64,000 nucleotides of DNA from Bacteriovoracia bacterium. Lineage in GTDB: Bacteria > Bdellovibrionota > Bacteriovoracia > Bacteriovoracales > Bacteriovoracaceae. The notes below the pieces were generated by a model. The model worked only from the letters and a program-made list of their open reading frames with translations, was not told the origin of the DNA and did not search any database. Position numbers and translations under genes: made by a program. The DNA lies in NCBI GenBank assembly GCA_046570105.1, contig JBKHVI010000006.1:19347-83346 (forward strand), read 5' to 3'. Every line of letters starts with the position of its first letter. Position 1 is the first letter of the stretch. This document shows positions 47,919-56,764 of this stretch, in pieces.

Positions 47919-49238
47919 TTAGGCGCGGACAATTTCAGTTATAAGTTTCGGGGCCCGCACCACACTGGCAGAGAGAGCGAGTACATCTTTTAAAAATCTT
48001 GCTTCAACTTCTTTAACGATATCTTTTTGATGAGCATGATGATGAATTGTCATGATGGCATCACCTTTTTTTAACTTCGTTCCAATCCGAGCATGCATAG
48101 TGAAGCCCACAGAGAGATCGAGCACATCGGCTTTAGTTTTTCTGCCACCACCTAATTCAATGAGCAAATAACCGATCTGATCATTAGCAAAACTTTTTAC
48201 ATATCCATTCTTGGGCGCACGAATAATAGTTTTAACAGGTGCAACTGGTAAAAGATCAGGATGCTTGATAACTTTCGAATCACCACCTTGCCATTCAATC
48301 AGTTCAATGAATTTCTTTAAAGCCGAGCCATCATGTAAAGTTGCGAGCGCTTTTTTGCGGGCCTCAGCGATGGTTTTAATTTTTCCAGCAAGGACGGCCA
48401 TGTGAGCGGCAAGCTCAACTGAGAGATCAGTTAAATCTTTAGGGCCCTGACCTTTAAGCGTGAGAATGGATTCTTGAATTTCTAAAACGTGGCCCACTTC
48501 CTGACCCAGCGGTTGGTTCATGTCAGTGAGAAGTGCAATCGCTTTTCGCTTAAATCTCTTGCCGGTTGCGATCAAACTTTTGGCAAGAATGCGTGCGTCT
48601 TTTTTCTCGCGCATAAAAGCACCCGAACCGTGCTTGATATCAAACACTATTCCCTCCGCGCCTTCCGCCAATTTTTTGCTCATAATTGAGGCAGTGATGA
48701 GTGGGATACAATCAATCGTCGCTGTGACATCACGAAGAGCGTAGATTAATCCATCTGCAGGAGCGATTTCAGGAGTCTGGCCCATTAAGACCAAACCTTT
48801 GTCTTCAAGCTGAGCAGAAAAATCATCAAGACTAAGATTTGTGCGAAAGCCAGGGACACATTCAATTTTATCGATCGTGCCACCAGTGTGACCGAGTCCA
48901 CGGCCCGCGATCATGGGAACTTTTACACCGAGACAAGCCGCGATAGGGGCCAGAATGAATGAAGCTTTATCACCAATTCCACCAGTAGAATGTTTATCCA
49001 CCACTGTCTTGTCATTAAACTTGAGTGCGCGACCTGAATAAACCATGGCATCAGTAATTGCCGCGGTTTCGTGAGCGTCCATCCCTTTCAAAGTAATCGC
49101 CATCAGCATAGCGGCCAATTGGTAATCAGGAATTTTCTTAGCAGTATACTCGGCAATCATCCACTTGATCGCCTCACTGGAGAGTTTCTGGCCACGCTTT
49201 TTTGCGTCGATCAGCTTAAACATGGAATAGGCACTCAT
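47919..49238 (-). CDS. pdp: Pyrimidine-nucleoside/thymidine phosphorylase
   Basis: DKHSTGGIGDK, GRGLGHTGGT, SIMSKK; start at MSAYS. Confidence 0.93.
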   Translation of the reverse strand: MSAYSMFKLIDAKKRGQKLSSEAIKWMIAEYTAKKIPDYQLAAMLMAITLKGMDAHETAAITDAMVYSGRALKFNDKTVVDKHSTGGIGDKASFILAPIAACLGVKVPMIAGRGLGHTGGTIDKIECVPGFRTNLSLDDFSAQLEDKGLVLMGQTPEIAPADGLIYALRDVTATIDCIPLITASIMSKKLAEGAEGIVFDIKHGSGAFMREKKDARILAKSLIATGKRFKRKAIALLTDMNQPLGQEVGHVLEIQESILTLKGQGPKDLTDLSVELAAHMAVLAGKIKTIAEARKKALATLHDGSALKKFIELIEWQGGDSKVIKHPDLLPVAPVKTIIRAPKNGYVKSFANDQIGYLLIELGGGRKTKADVLDLSVGFTMHARIGTKLKKGDAIMTIHHHAHQKDIVKEVEARFLKDVLALSASVVRAPKLITEIVRA

Positions 49239-49347
49239 GAATTCTCTCTTTCGAAAATCGACAGCTTCAATTGCCATCATGAAACGGGAAAATTATGATA
49301 CTTATAAGGAATCATCTCTGAAAACAAACTTTTGCCTGGAATCACCT

Positions 49348-49764
49348 ATGAAAGTTATCTTCTCGCTAGTTTTGACCCTTAGTCTTCTCTCACCAAGCCT
49401 CGTTTGGGCCCAGGTCGCCGAAGGTGAAGAGGACATTGTTGCCAATACTCAGAACGATATTTTTCTCATCGCTGGTGCGGGTGTAGGGGGGGCGATTCTC
49501 GGACTTTCTACTCTCTCATTCTATGATAAGCCTTCAAAAAACCTGGCCAACGTCTGGACGGGAGCCGCTTTAGGAATTATCGCTGGGGTCGTAATTGTTG
49601 CAATTGGTCACGCGAATAAATCACAAGAGACTTTGGCAGTCGAAGCCAAACCTTCGCAAGATTTCTCCACAGCTGAACGCGAGTCGTGGCATGTTGCGCA
49701 ACTAGACTTCTCGACGCTCTCAAATACACAAATTGCTGCACCGGTCTGGGGAATGAGCTTCTAA
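49348..49764 (+). CDS. Exported glycine-zipper hypothetical protein
   Basis: Signal peptide ending VWA; GAGVGGAILG and GAALGIIAG helices; C-terminal Phe. Confidence 0.7.
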   Translation: MKVIFSLVLTLSLLSPSLVWAQVAEGEEDIVANTQNDIFLIAGAGVGGAILGLSTLSFYDKPSKNLANVWTGAALGIIAGVVIVAIGHANKSQETLAVEAKPSQDFSTAERESWHVAQLDFSTLSNTQIAAPVWGMSF

Positions 49765-49847
49765 ATCCTGACTGAAGAGCTTGCCAATAGTCTTGGGGTT
49801 ATTCAGAATAAGTTAACTGAATAAAACTCTATGCTTAAGGCAGGCCT

Positions 49848-51065
49848 ATGGAACGTCTGGTGTCACTCTTTGGTCTTTTTGTGCTTTTGTCAGTGGCCTA
49901 TGGCCTTAGTGACAATCGTTCTAAAATTCAATGGCGAACAGTTATCTCAGGAATTCTTCTGCAAATAGGTTTTGGCCTCATCATTCTCAAAACGAGTTTT
50001 GGGCGTGCCATTTTTGAAGCGGCCGGCAACGGATTTTCTGCCATCCTTAATTATACCACTGAGGGTGCGAAATTTATTTTTGGAACACTCGCGACTCCTT
50101 CGCAGTCGCTTGGTTTTATTTTCGCCACCATGGTATTGCCGACCATCATTTTCATGAGTGCTTTGATGAGCGTTCTGTATCACCTCGGCATCATGCAGAA
50201 AGTGGTGGAACTCGTTGCACGTGTCATGATGAAAGTTATGAAAGTTTCTGGTGCGGAATCTCTCGCTGCAGCGGCCAATATTTTCGTCGGCCAAACAGAA
50301 GCTCCGCTCGTTATTAAGCCTTATGTGAATAGCATGACTCGCTCTGAGATCATGTGTCTTATGACCGGTGGTATGGCGACAATTGCCGGTGGTGTTTTGG
50401 CGGCGTTTGTTGGTTTCGGAATTGATGCAGGCCACTTATTGGCAGCCTCTGTGATGTCGGCACCAGCAGCTTTGGTGTGTGCCAAATTAATGATTCCAGA
50501 AACAGAAGTTTCTAAAACAGCTGGTGTGGTTAAAATCGAACTTCCAAAAATGGCGACAAACGTAATTGATGCCGCTGCGACAGGTGCATCGGATGGTTTG
50601 AAGTTAGCGGTGAACGTAGCAGCGATGTTGCTTTCATTTATCGCATTGATCGCCATGCTGAACGGATTGTTGGGTTGGGTAGGCGGGTTTGTAGGTTTTC
50701 CACAAATTACTTTTGAATTGATTGCGGGCTATATCTTTGCACCTGTCGCCTGGATCCTTGGCTGCCCATGGGCCGATTGCGTGATCGTTGGTAACTTCCT
50801 TGCTAAGAAACTAGTCTTGAATGAATTCGTGGCCTACCTCGATCTCAAAGAGCAGATGGGGAATATCTCTTCTCGCTCGGTTATTATTTCAACTTACGCT
50901 CTTTGCGGTTTCTCAAACTTCAGCTCCATCGCCATTCAAGTTGGTGGTATCGGAACACTTGCTCCTGAGAAGCGACCCACGATTGTCGCGCTTGGTGTGA
51001 GATCTCTTATCGCTGGCACATTGGCCTGTCTCATGACGGCCGCGATTGCTGGGATTATGTTGTAG
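49848..51065 (+). CDS. nupC: Concentrative nucleoside transporter (NupC/CNT)
   Basis: ANIFVGQTEAPL, NEFVAY, LCGFSNFSSIAI. Confidence 0.93.
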   Translation: MERLVSLFGLFVLLSVAYGLSDNRSKIQWRTVISGILLQIGFGLIILKTSFGRAIFEAAGNGFSAILNYTTEGAKFIFGTLATPSQSLGFIFATMVLPTIIFMSALMSVLYHLGIMQKVVELVARVMMKVMKVSGAESLAAAANIFVGQTEAPLVIKPYVNSMTRSEIMCLMTGGMATIAGGVLAAFVGFGIDAGHLLAASVMSAPAALVCAKLMIPETEVSKTAGVVKIELPKMATNVIDAAATGASDGLKLAVNVAAMLLSFIALIAMLNGLLGWVGGFVGFPQITFELIAGYIFAPVAWILGCPWADCVIVGNFLAKKLVLNEFVAYLDLKEQMGNISSRSVIISTYALCGFSNFSSIAIQVGGIGTLAPEKRPTIVALGVRSLIAGTLACLMTAAIAGIML

Positions 51066-51091
51066 AAACGTTCATTCAAATTTAGCCGTCT

Positions 51092-51283
51092 CATCCTGGT
51101 GACTAGCTTGTTTTTCAAACAACACTGGTTCCAGGATGTAACAGTCAACTTTGATCGCTATCTGTAGCATTTTTCCGACTACGCCGCTCCGGTCTAATTT
51201 GCCGCGCCTTTTCAACGAGAGGGTAGACGCGCTATCCTAATCTTAATTTTGATTTTTAGTTTTTAAGATTTTTACGATTAGGA
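51092..51283 (+). promoter_or_regulatory. Structured 5' leader of the RNase E/G gene
   Basis: Stems CATCCTGG/CCAGGATG, CCTTTTC/GAGAGGG and TCCTAATC/GATTAGGA (the last covers the SD). Confidence 0.55.
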
Positions 51284-51288
51284 CATTC

Positions 51289-52872
51289 ATGGCTAAAGAA
51301 CTTGTGGTCAACCAGACTCACAATGAGTGCCGTATTGCGCTCATTGAGAATGGTGAGATCCTGGACTTCCTAGTGGAGCGACATTCGCACCACCATCATC
51401 ACGCCAGCGTCGGTGACATTTATCTTGGAAAAGTTTTGCGTGTGCTACCTGGCATGCAATCGGCTTTCATTGATATTGGTCAAGAGCGCGCCGCTTTCCT
51501 CTATGTCGACGATGCTTATCTTCCTACTTTGGAAGAGCAGCGTACTGCTATGGAGAAAGCGCAAACCAGTGAGGCACCCACATCTCGTCGAGTCGGCGAA
51601 GTGATCCCTGATGAACTTTCATCTTTAAGTGAAACGGTGGACATGAAGTTTCGGCCCGACATCAAGATTCAGGATTTCTTGAAAGAGGGTGATGAGATCG
51701 TTGTGCAAATTGCTAAAGAGCCGATCTCTACTAAAGGTCCGCGTGTCACTCGTCATATCACGCTAGCGGGCCGTCATATTGTTTATATGCCTTTCATTGA
51801 ACATACCGGTGTCTCTCGTCGAATTGAGAGTGAAGAAGAGCGTAAACGTTTGAAGGATGTACTCGACAGTATACGTCCTGAAGGCTGTGGCATTATTGCT
51901 CGTACCGTCGCCGAAGGGCAGAGCTATAAGATTTTGAAGAACGACTACAACATGCTGGTGAAGTTGTGGAAGGACACGCAGAAAAAGCTAGAGAAGGCCA
52001 AGGCTCCTTGTGAGCTCTATCAAGATCTCACATTCGTTCAACGTGCTTTGCGCGATATTACGGATGAAGACGTAGATCAAATTGTGGTTGATGCCAAACC
52101 CGTTCTTCGTCAGATTGAAAAATTCACCAAAGGCTATTTGCCTAATCTCAAAGCGAAGTTGAAGTTTCATGATCTCGATATGCCAGTCTTTGAGCATTTT
52201 GGGATCGATCTGGAAATTGAGCGTGCTCTTTCAAACCAAGTATTTTTGAAGTCGGGTGGCTCAATTAATATTGATCAAACCGAGGCGCTGGTTTCGATTG
52301 ATGTGAACACTGGCAAGTTCGTTGGTAAAAAGACACTTGAAGAAACCATTTTGAAAACCAATCTTGAAGCGGTTAAAGAAATTGCTTACCAACTACGCGT
52401 GCGTAACTGTGGCGGTATTATCATTATCGATTTCATCGATATGGAAAAAGAAGAAAATCGTCAGGCAGTTTATAGTTCTTTACTAGAAGCTCTCAAAAAA
52501 GATCGCTCAAAAACAAATGTACTGCCTATTTCGGGCCTAGGTCTCGTTGAGATGACTCGTAAACGCACGCGTGATACGTTGATTCGCACCATGTGTGAAA
52601 CATGCCCGTATTGCGAAGGCGTCGGGCGCGTAAAGAGTGTCGATACTGTCAGTTATGAAATCATTCGTGAAACGATTAAGACATTGAAGCGCACCAAGGC
52701 CAACAAAGTTACGATCTTTGCTCATCCGGAAGTGTGCGCTCGTTTATCGAGTGAAGAATTTGGCATGATCGAGATGATGGAAGAGACTTATCAGAAGACT
52801 CTCTTGATACGAGCTGATAACAGCTATCATATCGAGCAGTATGAGATTTACTCACACGAGCCGCAATCTTAA
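51289..52872 (+). CDS. rng: Ribonuclease E/G family (RNase G-length)
   Basis: PGMQSAFIDIG, SIDVNTG, GGIIIIDFIDM, CPYCEG. Confidence 0.93.
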   Translation: MAKELVVNQTHNECRIALIENGEILDFLVERHSHHHHHASVGDIYLGKVLRVLPGMQSAFIDIGQERAAFLYVDDAYLPTLEEQRTAMEKAQTSEAPTSRRVGEVIPDELSSLSETVDMKFRPDIKIQDFLKEGDEIVVQIAKEPISTKGPRVTRHITLAGRHIVYMPFIEHTGVSRRIESEEERKRLKDVLDSIRPEGCGIIARTVAEGQSYKILKNDYNMLVKLWKDTQKKLEKAKAPCELYQDLTFVQRALRDITDEDVDQIVVDAKPVLRQIEKFTKGYLPNLKAKLKFHDLDMPVFEHFGIDLEIERALSNQVFLKSGGSINIDQTEALVSIDVNTGKFVGKKTLEETILKTNLEAVKEIAYQLRVRNCGGIIIIDFIDMEKEENRQAVYSSLLEALKKDRSKTNVLPISGLGLVEMTRKRTRDTLIRTMCETCPYCEGVGRVKSVDTVSYEIIRETIKTLKRTKANKVTIFAHPEVCARLSSEEFGMIEMMEETYQKTLLIRADNSYHIEQYEIYSHEPQS

Positions 52873-53375
52873 AGTAGACCCATTCGCTTAAGGATACCAT
52901 CGACGTTTATTGCGCTGGTATCCGGAGCGTCCTTCGTGAGCTTCACAATCTGCTCAGCTAACCAAGTCAGACGCTTCTGAAGGGCAGGAGCGAAGTCCTG
53001 AATCGCCTTCTGGGCTTTGTCTTCATCACCTACATTGGCGCAAAGAGTTTCAACCATCTCTACAGTATCGGCCCAAAATGCTGCGAAAATCGGAATTAGT
53101 TGCGGCCTATTAAGTGTCGCGGCCTTATAGCCGGTGGCCTTACATAATTCACAAAATTTTCCGATCATCGGAAATGATTTGCTGTTAGGTGCCATCTCTT
53201 CAAACGTGCGCACAGTACCCATGATGCGATCCATCCGATTGGCAAAATCTTCGATGAGTTTTTTCGGCACTTCATCTTTGGTATCTTCAATCGCTTCTAT
53301 GATATTTATCGCTTCCTTCAAAAGGAGACTTGTTTCTTCTGTGAAACCATCTAAAATTTCTTTATCGAGAATCAA
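52869..53375 (-). CDS. Hpt/CheA-P1-like helical protein lacking the phospho-His
   Basis: LDGFTEET..FANRMDRIMG; likely TTG start at 53375 (alternative 53393). Confidence 0.65.
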   Translation of the reverse strand: MILDKEILDGFTEETSLLLKEAINIIEAIEDTKDEVPKKLIEDFANRMDRIMGTVRTFEEMAPNSKSFPMIGKFCELCKATGYKAATLNRPQLIPIFAAFWADTVEMVETLCANVGDEDKAQKAIQDFAPALQKRLTWLAEQIVKLTKDAPDTSAINVDGILKRMGLL

Positions 53376-53387
53376 GGAAGTGCCTTT

Positions 53388-54308
53388 GTGCAAAAGTTTT
53401 ATCCCGTTCGCCTCAACACTCTCAGGAAAGACGACGTTCTAGCGTTCGATGTCTATGTGAGCGTTGGGGAGAAGTTTGTACAGTATATCCACGCTCAGGA
53501 TGTGTTTGAAGGGGAGAGATTAGATAAACTCAAAAATAAAGGTGTACGAAAACTCTTTATTCCGACTGAACAAGAAAAGAATTATCTGCAATACCTTGAA
53601 AAAGCACTCGATCAACTGAGTAATACTTCGCACAGCATAGAAAATCGCACACAGCTGGCCCACGACTCTTTGATAACAGCGGCAGAGAATGCCGTTGTCA
53701 ATTTTGAAACGGAAGCGGGCCTTCGTCAGCAGCAGGATCATCTCGTAAAAATTGCTAACTTCGTCGGCTCAGATAGAAAAGTCATCAAGCAGATTATGGA
53801 GAATATCAATTCATCATTTGATAACAATCACCACGCTGCCAACGTCTCTTCACTTTGTATGAGTGTCGCTGCCAAAGCGGGGCTAACTGATAAGCAAGAG
53901 GTGAGTGAGCTTTCGATCGCGGCACTTGTTCATGATGTGGGCAAAGAGCGCTTCAAAGAAAATTACGATGCGCTTGGTGATAAGATGTCGGCCCAACAAA
54001 AGCAGGCCTATCGTGCCCATGTTTCGGATGGAGTGACTCTCTTGCAAGGGAAGCCGTTTATCAGTCCGCGAATTTTGGGCCTAGTTGCGGCCCATGAAGA
54101 ATTAGGTCAAGGCCGAGGTTATCCAGAAAAGAAAGATGTTTTCCAGCTGCCCCTGAGTTATCAGATTTTGATTATGTGTAATCGCTATGATCATTTTCAA
54201 ACGCAGCAACAATTGCCCACGATGAAAGCCATTGATGCATTTTTTGAAAAGCACAGTAACGATTTTCCTGACGAACTCATTACTGTGCTGGCGTCTGTCT
54301 TAACTTAA
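53388..54308 (+). CDS. HD-GYP domain protein (degenerate)
   Basis: HAANV, LVHDVGK, AHEELGQGRGYP; AAGGA SD before GTG. Confidence 0.8.
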   Translation: MQKFYPVRLNTLRKDDVLAFDVYVSVGEKFVQYIHAQDVFEGERLDKLKNKGVRKLFIPTEQEKNYLQYLEKALDQLSNTSHSIENRTQLAHDSLITAAENAVVNFETEAGLRQQQDHLVKIANFVGSDRKVIKQIMENINSSFDNNHHAANVSSLCMSVAAKAGLTDKQEVSELSIAALVHDVGKERFKENYDALGDKMSAQQKQAYRAHVSDGVTLLQGKPFISPRILGLVAAHEELGQGRGYPEKKDVFQLPLSYQILIMCNRYDHFQTQQQLPTMKAIDAFFEKHSNDFPDELITVLASVLT

Positions 54309-54889
54309 TCGAGCGCGTACTCAACCATGAGGCTGTCCCAATTGCGTCCATTCGTCACACGCATTTGCGCGACATAGAACATTTCGGATTGATAAATATT
54401 GATCCAGAAATCATTAACGATCATTTTATCAAAATACTTAAGCTGCCAATAACGAAGAATATTTGTTTCAGTCAGAAGTTCACTGTGGCGATAGATCTGT
54501 ACTGTTTGCTCGATCTCCCATTCACGAATCACTTCCGCATCATTGGTCAATTCCCAGGCATTACGTGTTTGAGCGAATTGAAATTTTAAACCATCGGCTT
54601 TAGCGAGAATAGTAGCCTTAAGTTTTTCACTGAGGTGTGGGTTAGTAATAAATTTCGAACAGATCGCTTGGGTGCTGGTTTTGTATTCACAAATGTAGCC
54701 ATTCGCTTGCAACTGGCCCATGCGTGCTCTCTCTGCTGGGCTTGAAAGATAGAGAGGTTGAAAGTTTTTAAAACTTACGATGCGATATTCGCCTTGAAAA
54801 CTTTTTGTCCCAGACATAATTTGTGGCGCTGACTGTGCCAGTGCATTGAACGATAAAAGCATGAAAAAAACTAATGACCTCATACCCAC
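54305..54889 (-). CDS. Secreted hypothetical protein
   Basis: Signal peptide ending ALA; Cys pair; start GTG 54889 or ATG 54883. Confidence 0.7.
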   Translation of the reverse strand: MGMRSLVFFMLLSFNALAQSAPQIMSGTKSFQGEYRIVSFKNFQPLYLSSPAERARMGQLQANGYICEYKTSTQAICSKFITNPHLSEKLKATILAKADGLKFQFAQTRNAWELTNDAEVIREWEIEQTVQIYRHSELLTETNILRYWQLKYFDKMIVNDFWINIYQSEMFYVAQMRVTNGRNWDSLMVEYALD

Positions 54890-55104
54890 CTCACTTTCTT
54901 AAAATGCTAAAGGTGGCCTTAGGCGGGCGGCATTGAGAAAAGCACTCCAGTTAAAAAAGAGTTTCACAAAGTGTTTGATTACGAGTGCGCATTGCGGCAA
55001 GTGTCGGAAATAATATAATGAATCTCGCTCTAGATTCACAAGTGATCGTAAACATGGACTTCAGAGGGAAGCGGTGTTAATTTCCTCGAACATTTATACG
55101 GTTA

Positions 55105-55153
55105 CCACTCGGTCATAGCGTTTTGACTATGGCCATAATTATATCCCAGGAGG
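55105..55153 (+). promoter_or_regulatory. Putative S6:S18-type ribosomal leader
   Basis: Hairpin GGTCATAG/CTATGGCC (55111-55134) followed by CCC-AGGAGG. Confidence 0.45.
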
Positions 55154-55157
55154 AACC

Positions 55158-55781
55158 ATGATCTATGAAACGGCGTTCGTCGTGAAGCCCGACGCCACGG
55201 AAGAAGCTATCAATTCCGTAAAAGCTCTCATCGCAGACACAGTTAAAGAGTTCGGTGGCGAAGTTCTCGTCAACGATACTTGGGGCGTAAAAACTTTCGC
55301 TCAACCTTTGGAGTCAGGCCTTCGTAAAGGCAACTTCTTCTACGTTATGTACAAGTCGAAAGGCTCAACTAACGCAGAAATCGAGCGTAAATTCCGCATC
55401 AATGAATCTGTTGTTCGTTTCATGATTGTTAAGCTCGGTGACGATGCTCAACAAGATGAAGTTGTTAAAGGTTACAAAAACCCGAACCACACTCAAGCCG
55501 CTGGCGCCGCAGTTGAAGGCGAAGAAGGCGAAGAGTTGACTGGCGATAAAGAGAAGCGCATGCACTCTAAGCGCCGCTCTTGCTGGTTCTCAGCGAAGAA
55601 AACTTCTCCAGATTGGAAAGATCCTAAGACTTACGGTTGGCTAGTAAACGAGTTCGGAAAAATTTCTCCAGCTCGTATCACTGGTTTGACTCCTAAGTTC
55701 CAACGTCAAGCTTGCGACGCTATTAAGCGTGGCCGCGCGATGGGTCTTATCAGTTACACATCTGGCGACTACGCTCGCTAA
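55158..55781 (+). CDS. rpsF-rpsR: Fused 30S ribosomal proteins S6 and S18
   Basis: S6: YETAFVVKPD..WG.K.FA..RINESVVRFMIVK; S18: DWKDP..EFGKISPARITG..QRQ..AIKRGRAMGL; one uninterrupted frame. Confidence 0.92.
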   Translation: MIYETAFVVKPDATEEAINSVKALIADTVKEFGGEVLVNDTWGVKTFAQPLESGLRKGNFFYVMYKSKGSTNAEIERKFRINESVVRFMIVKLGDDAQQDEVVKGYKNPNHTQAAGAAVEGEEGEELTGDKEKRMHSKRRSCWFSAKKTSPDWKDPKTYGWLVNEFGKISPARITGLTPKFQRQACDAIKRGRAMGLISYTSGDYAR

Positions 55782-55789
55782 TCGGGGAA

Positions 55790-56755
55790 GTGATGTCGAC
55801 TGAGATTTTACTACCACCACGCTTAAGCCTTTCGCGCTTGTTGCTCCTTGGAGCTTCGAGTGTTGTCTTGTGCCTAAGTTATTTGATGGCGCTTTTCACA
55901 CCGTTCCCTTTGGCGATGGCCACTGTGATGTACGGCCGTGTGAAAGGTTATGCTCTCGGTTTGGCGGGGTTCTCAGTTTGTCTATTGCTAGGAGCATTCT
56001 TCTTCAAAGACTACACGCTCGCCGCGAGCTACTTACTCCTTTTGACTATCTCAACGATCGTTTCAGAATCGTCGTTGCGCTCTTGGCGCCCTGTTCGCAC
56101 AGTGGTTGTCACGGGAGTCGTCTTTTTGGGTTTAGTGGTGGCGATTGGTGCTGGTTACTTGCAAGATCAAAATCTCACTCTGCACTCAGCTGTCACTAAA
56201 GAAGTGACTCTTATTCTCGAGCGCTTAACTGAAGCCCGTACACAAGGAATGTTAACTCAAGACTTAAGCGATCTCGGACTTAATCGTCCAGCAGGAGAGA
56301 TCGCTCAAGAGATGATCGAAACGCTGCCTGGCTATATGTTCGCTGGCACTTTCTTTATTCTTTGGGTCAACATGTACCTCGTGTTGAAAGGCCGTCGTTT
56401 ATTGCAACCGGAACAAGATCACACTTTTGATGAACGCACGCTTTTAGACTTCAAAGTTCCTTTTGCAGGAGCTTATTTAGTCGCCGCAAGTTTGGCGCTC
56501 GCCGTATGGGGAGATAAATTCCCATGGGGTACGGTCGCCGGATTAACAGCGTTACGTGCAGTCGGTGTCTTTTATTTCTTTCAAGGTTTTGGAGTGAGTT
56601 TGAGCTTTCTCAATCACTTCAATGTTGTGGGCTTCTTTCGCACACTCGCCATTATGGTGGTGGTGTTTTTTGCTCCATGGTTATTGGCAGTGGTGGGACT
56701 CTTCGATACGTTTTTCGACTTCAACCACAAATTTAAAAAACAGGTTTCAAATTAA
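55790..56755 (+). CDS. DUF2232 (YybS-like) membrane protein
   Basis: Polytopic; YFFQGF..GLFDTFFDF; typical position between rpsR and rplI. Confidence 0.85.
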   Translation: MMSTEILLPPRLSLSRLLLLGASSVVLCLSYLMALFTPFPLAMATVMYGRVKGYALGLAGFSVCLLLGAFFFKDYTLAASYLLLLTISTIVSESSLRSWRPVRTVVVTGVVFLGLVVAIGAGYLQDQNLTLHSAVTKEVTLILERLTEARTQGMLTQDLSDLGLNRPAGEIAQEMIETLPGYMFAGTFFILWVNMYLVLKGRRLLQPEQDHTFDERTLLDFKVPFAGAYLVAASLALAVWGDKFPWGTVAGLTALRAVGVFYFFQGFGVSLSFLNHFNVVGFFRTLAIMVVVFFAPWLLAVVGLFDTFFDFNHKFKKQVSN

Positions 56756-56764
56756 GGAGCTTTT

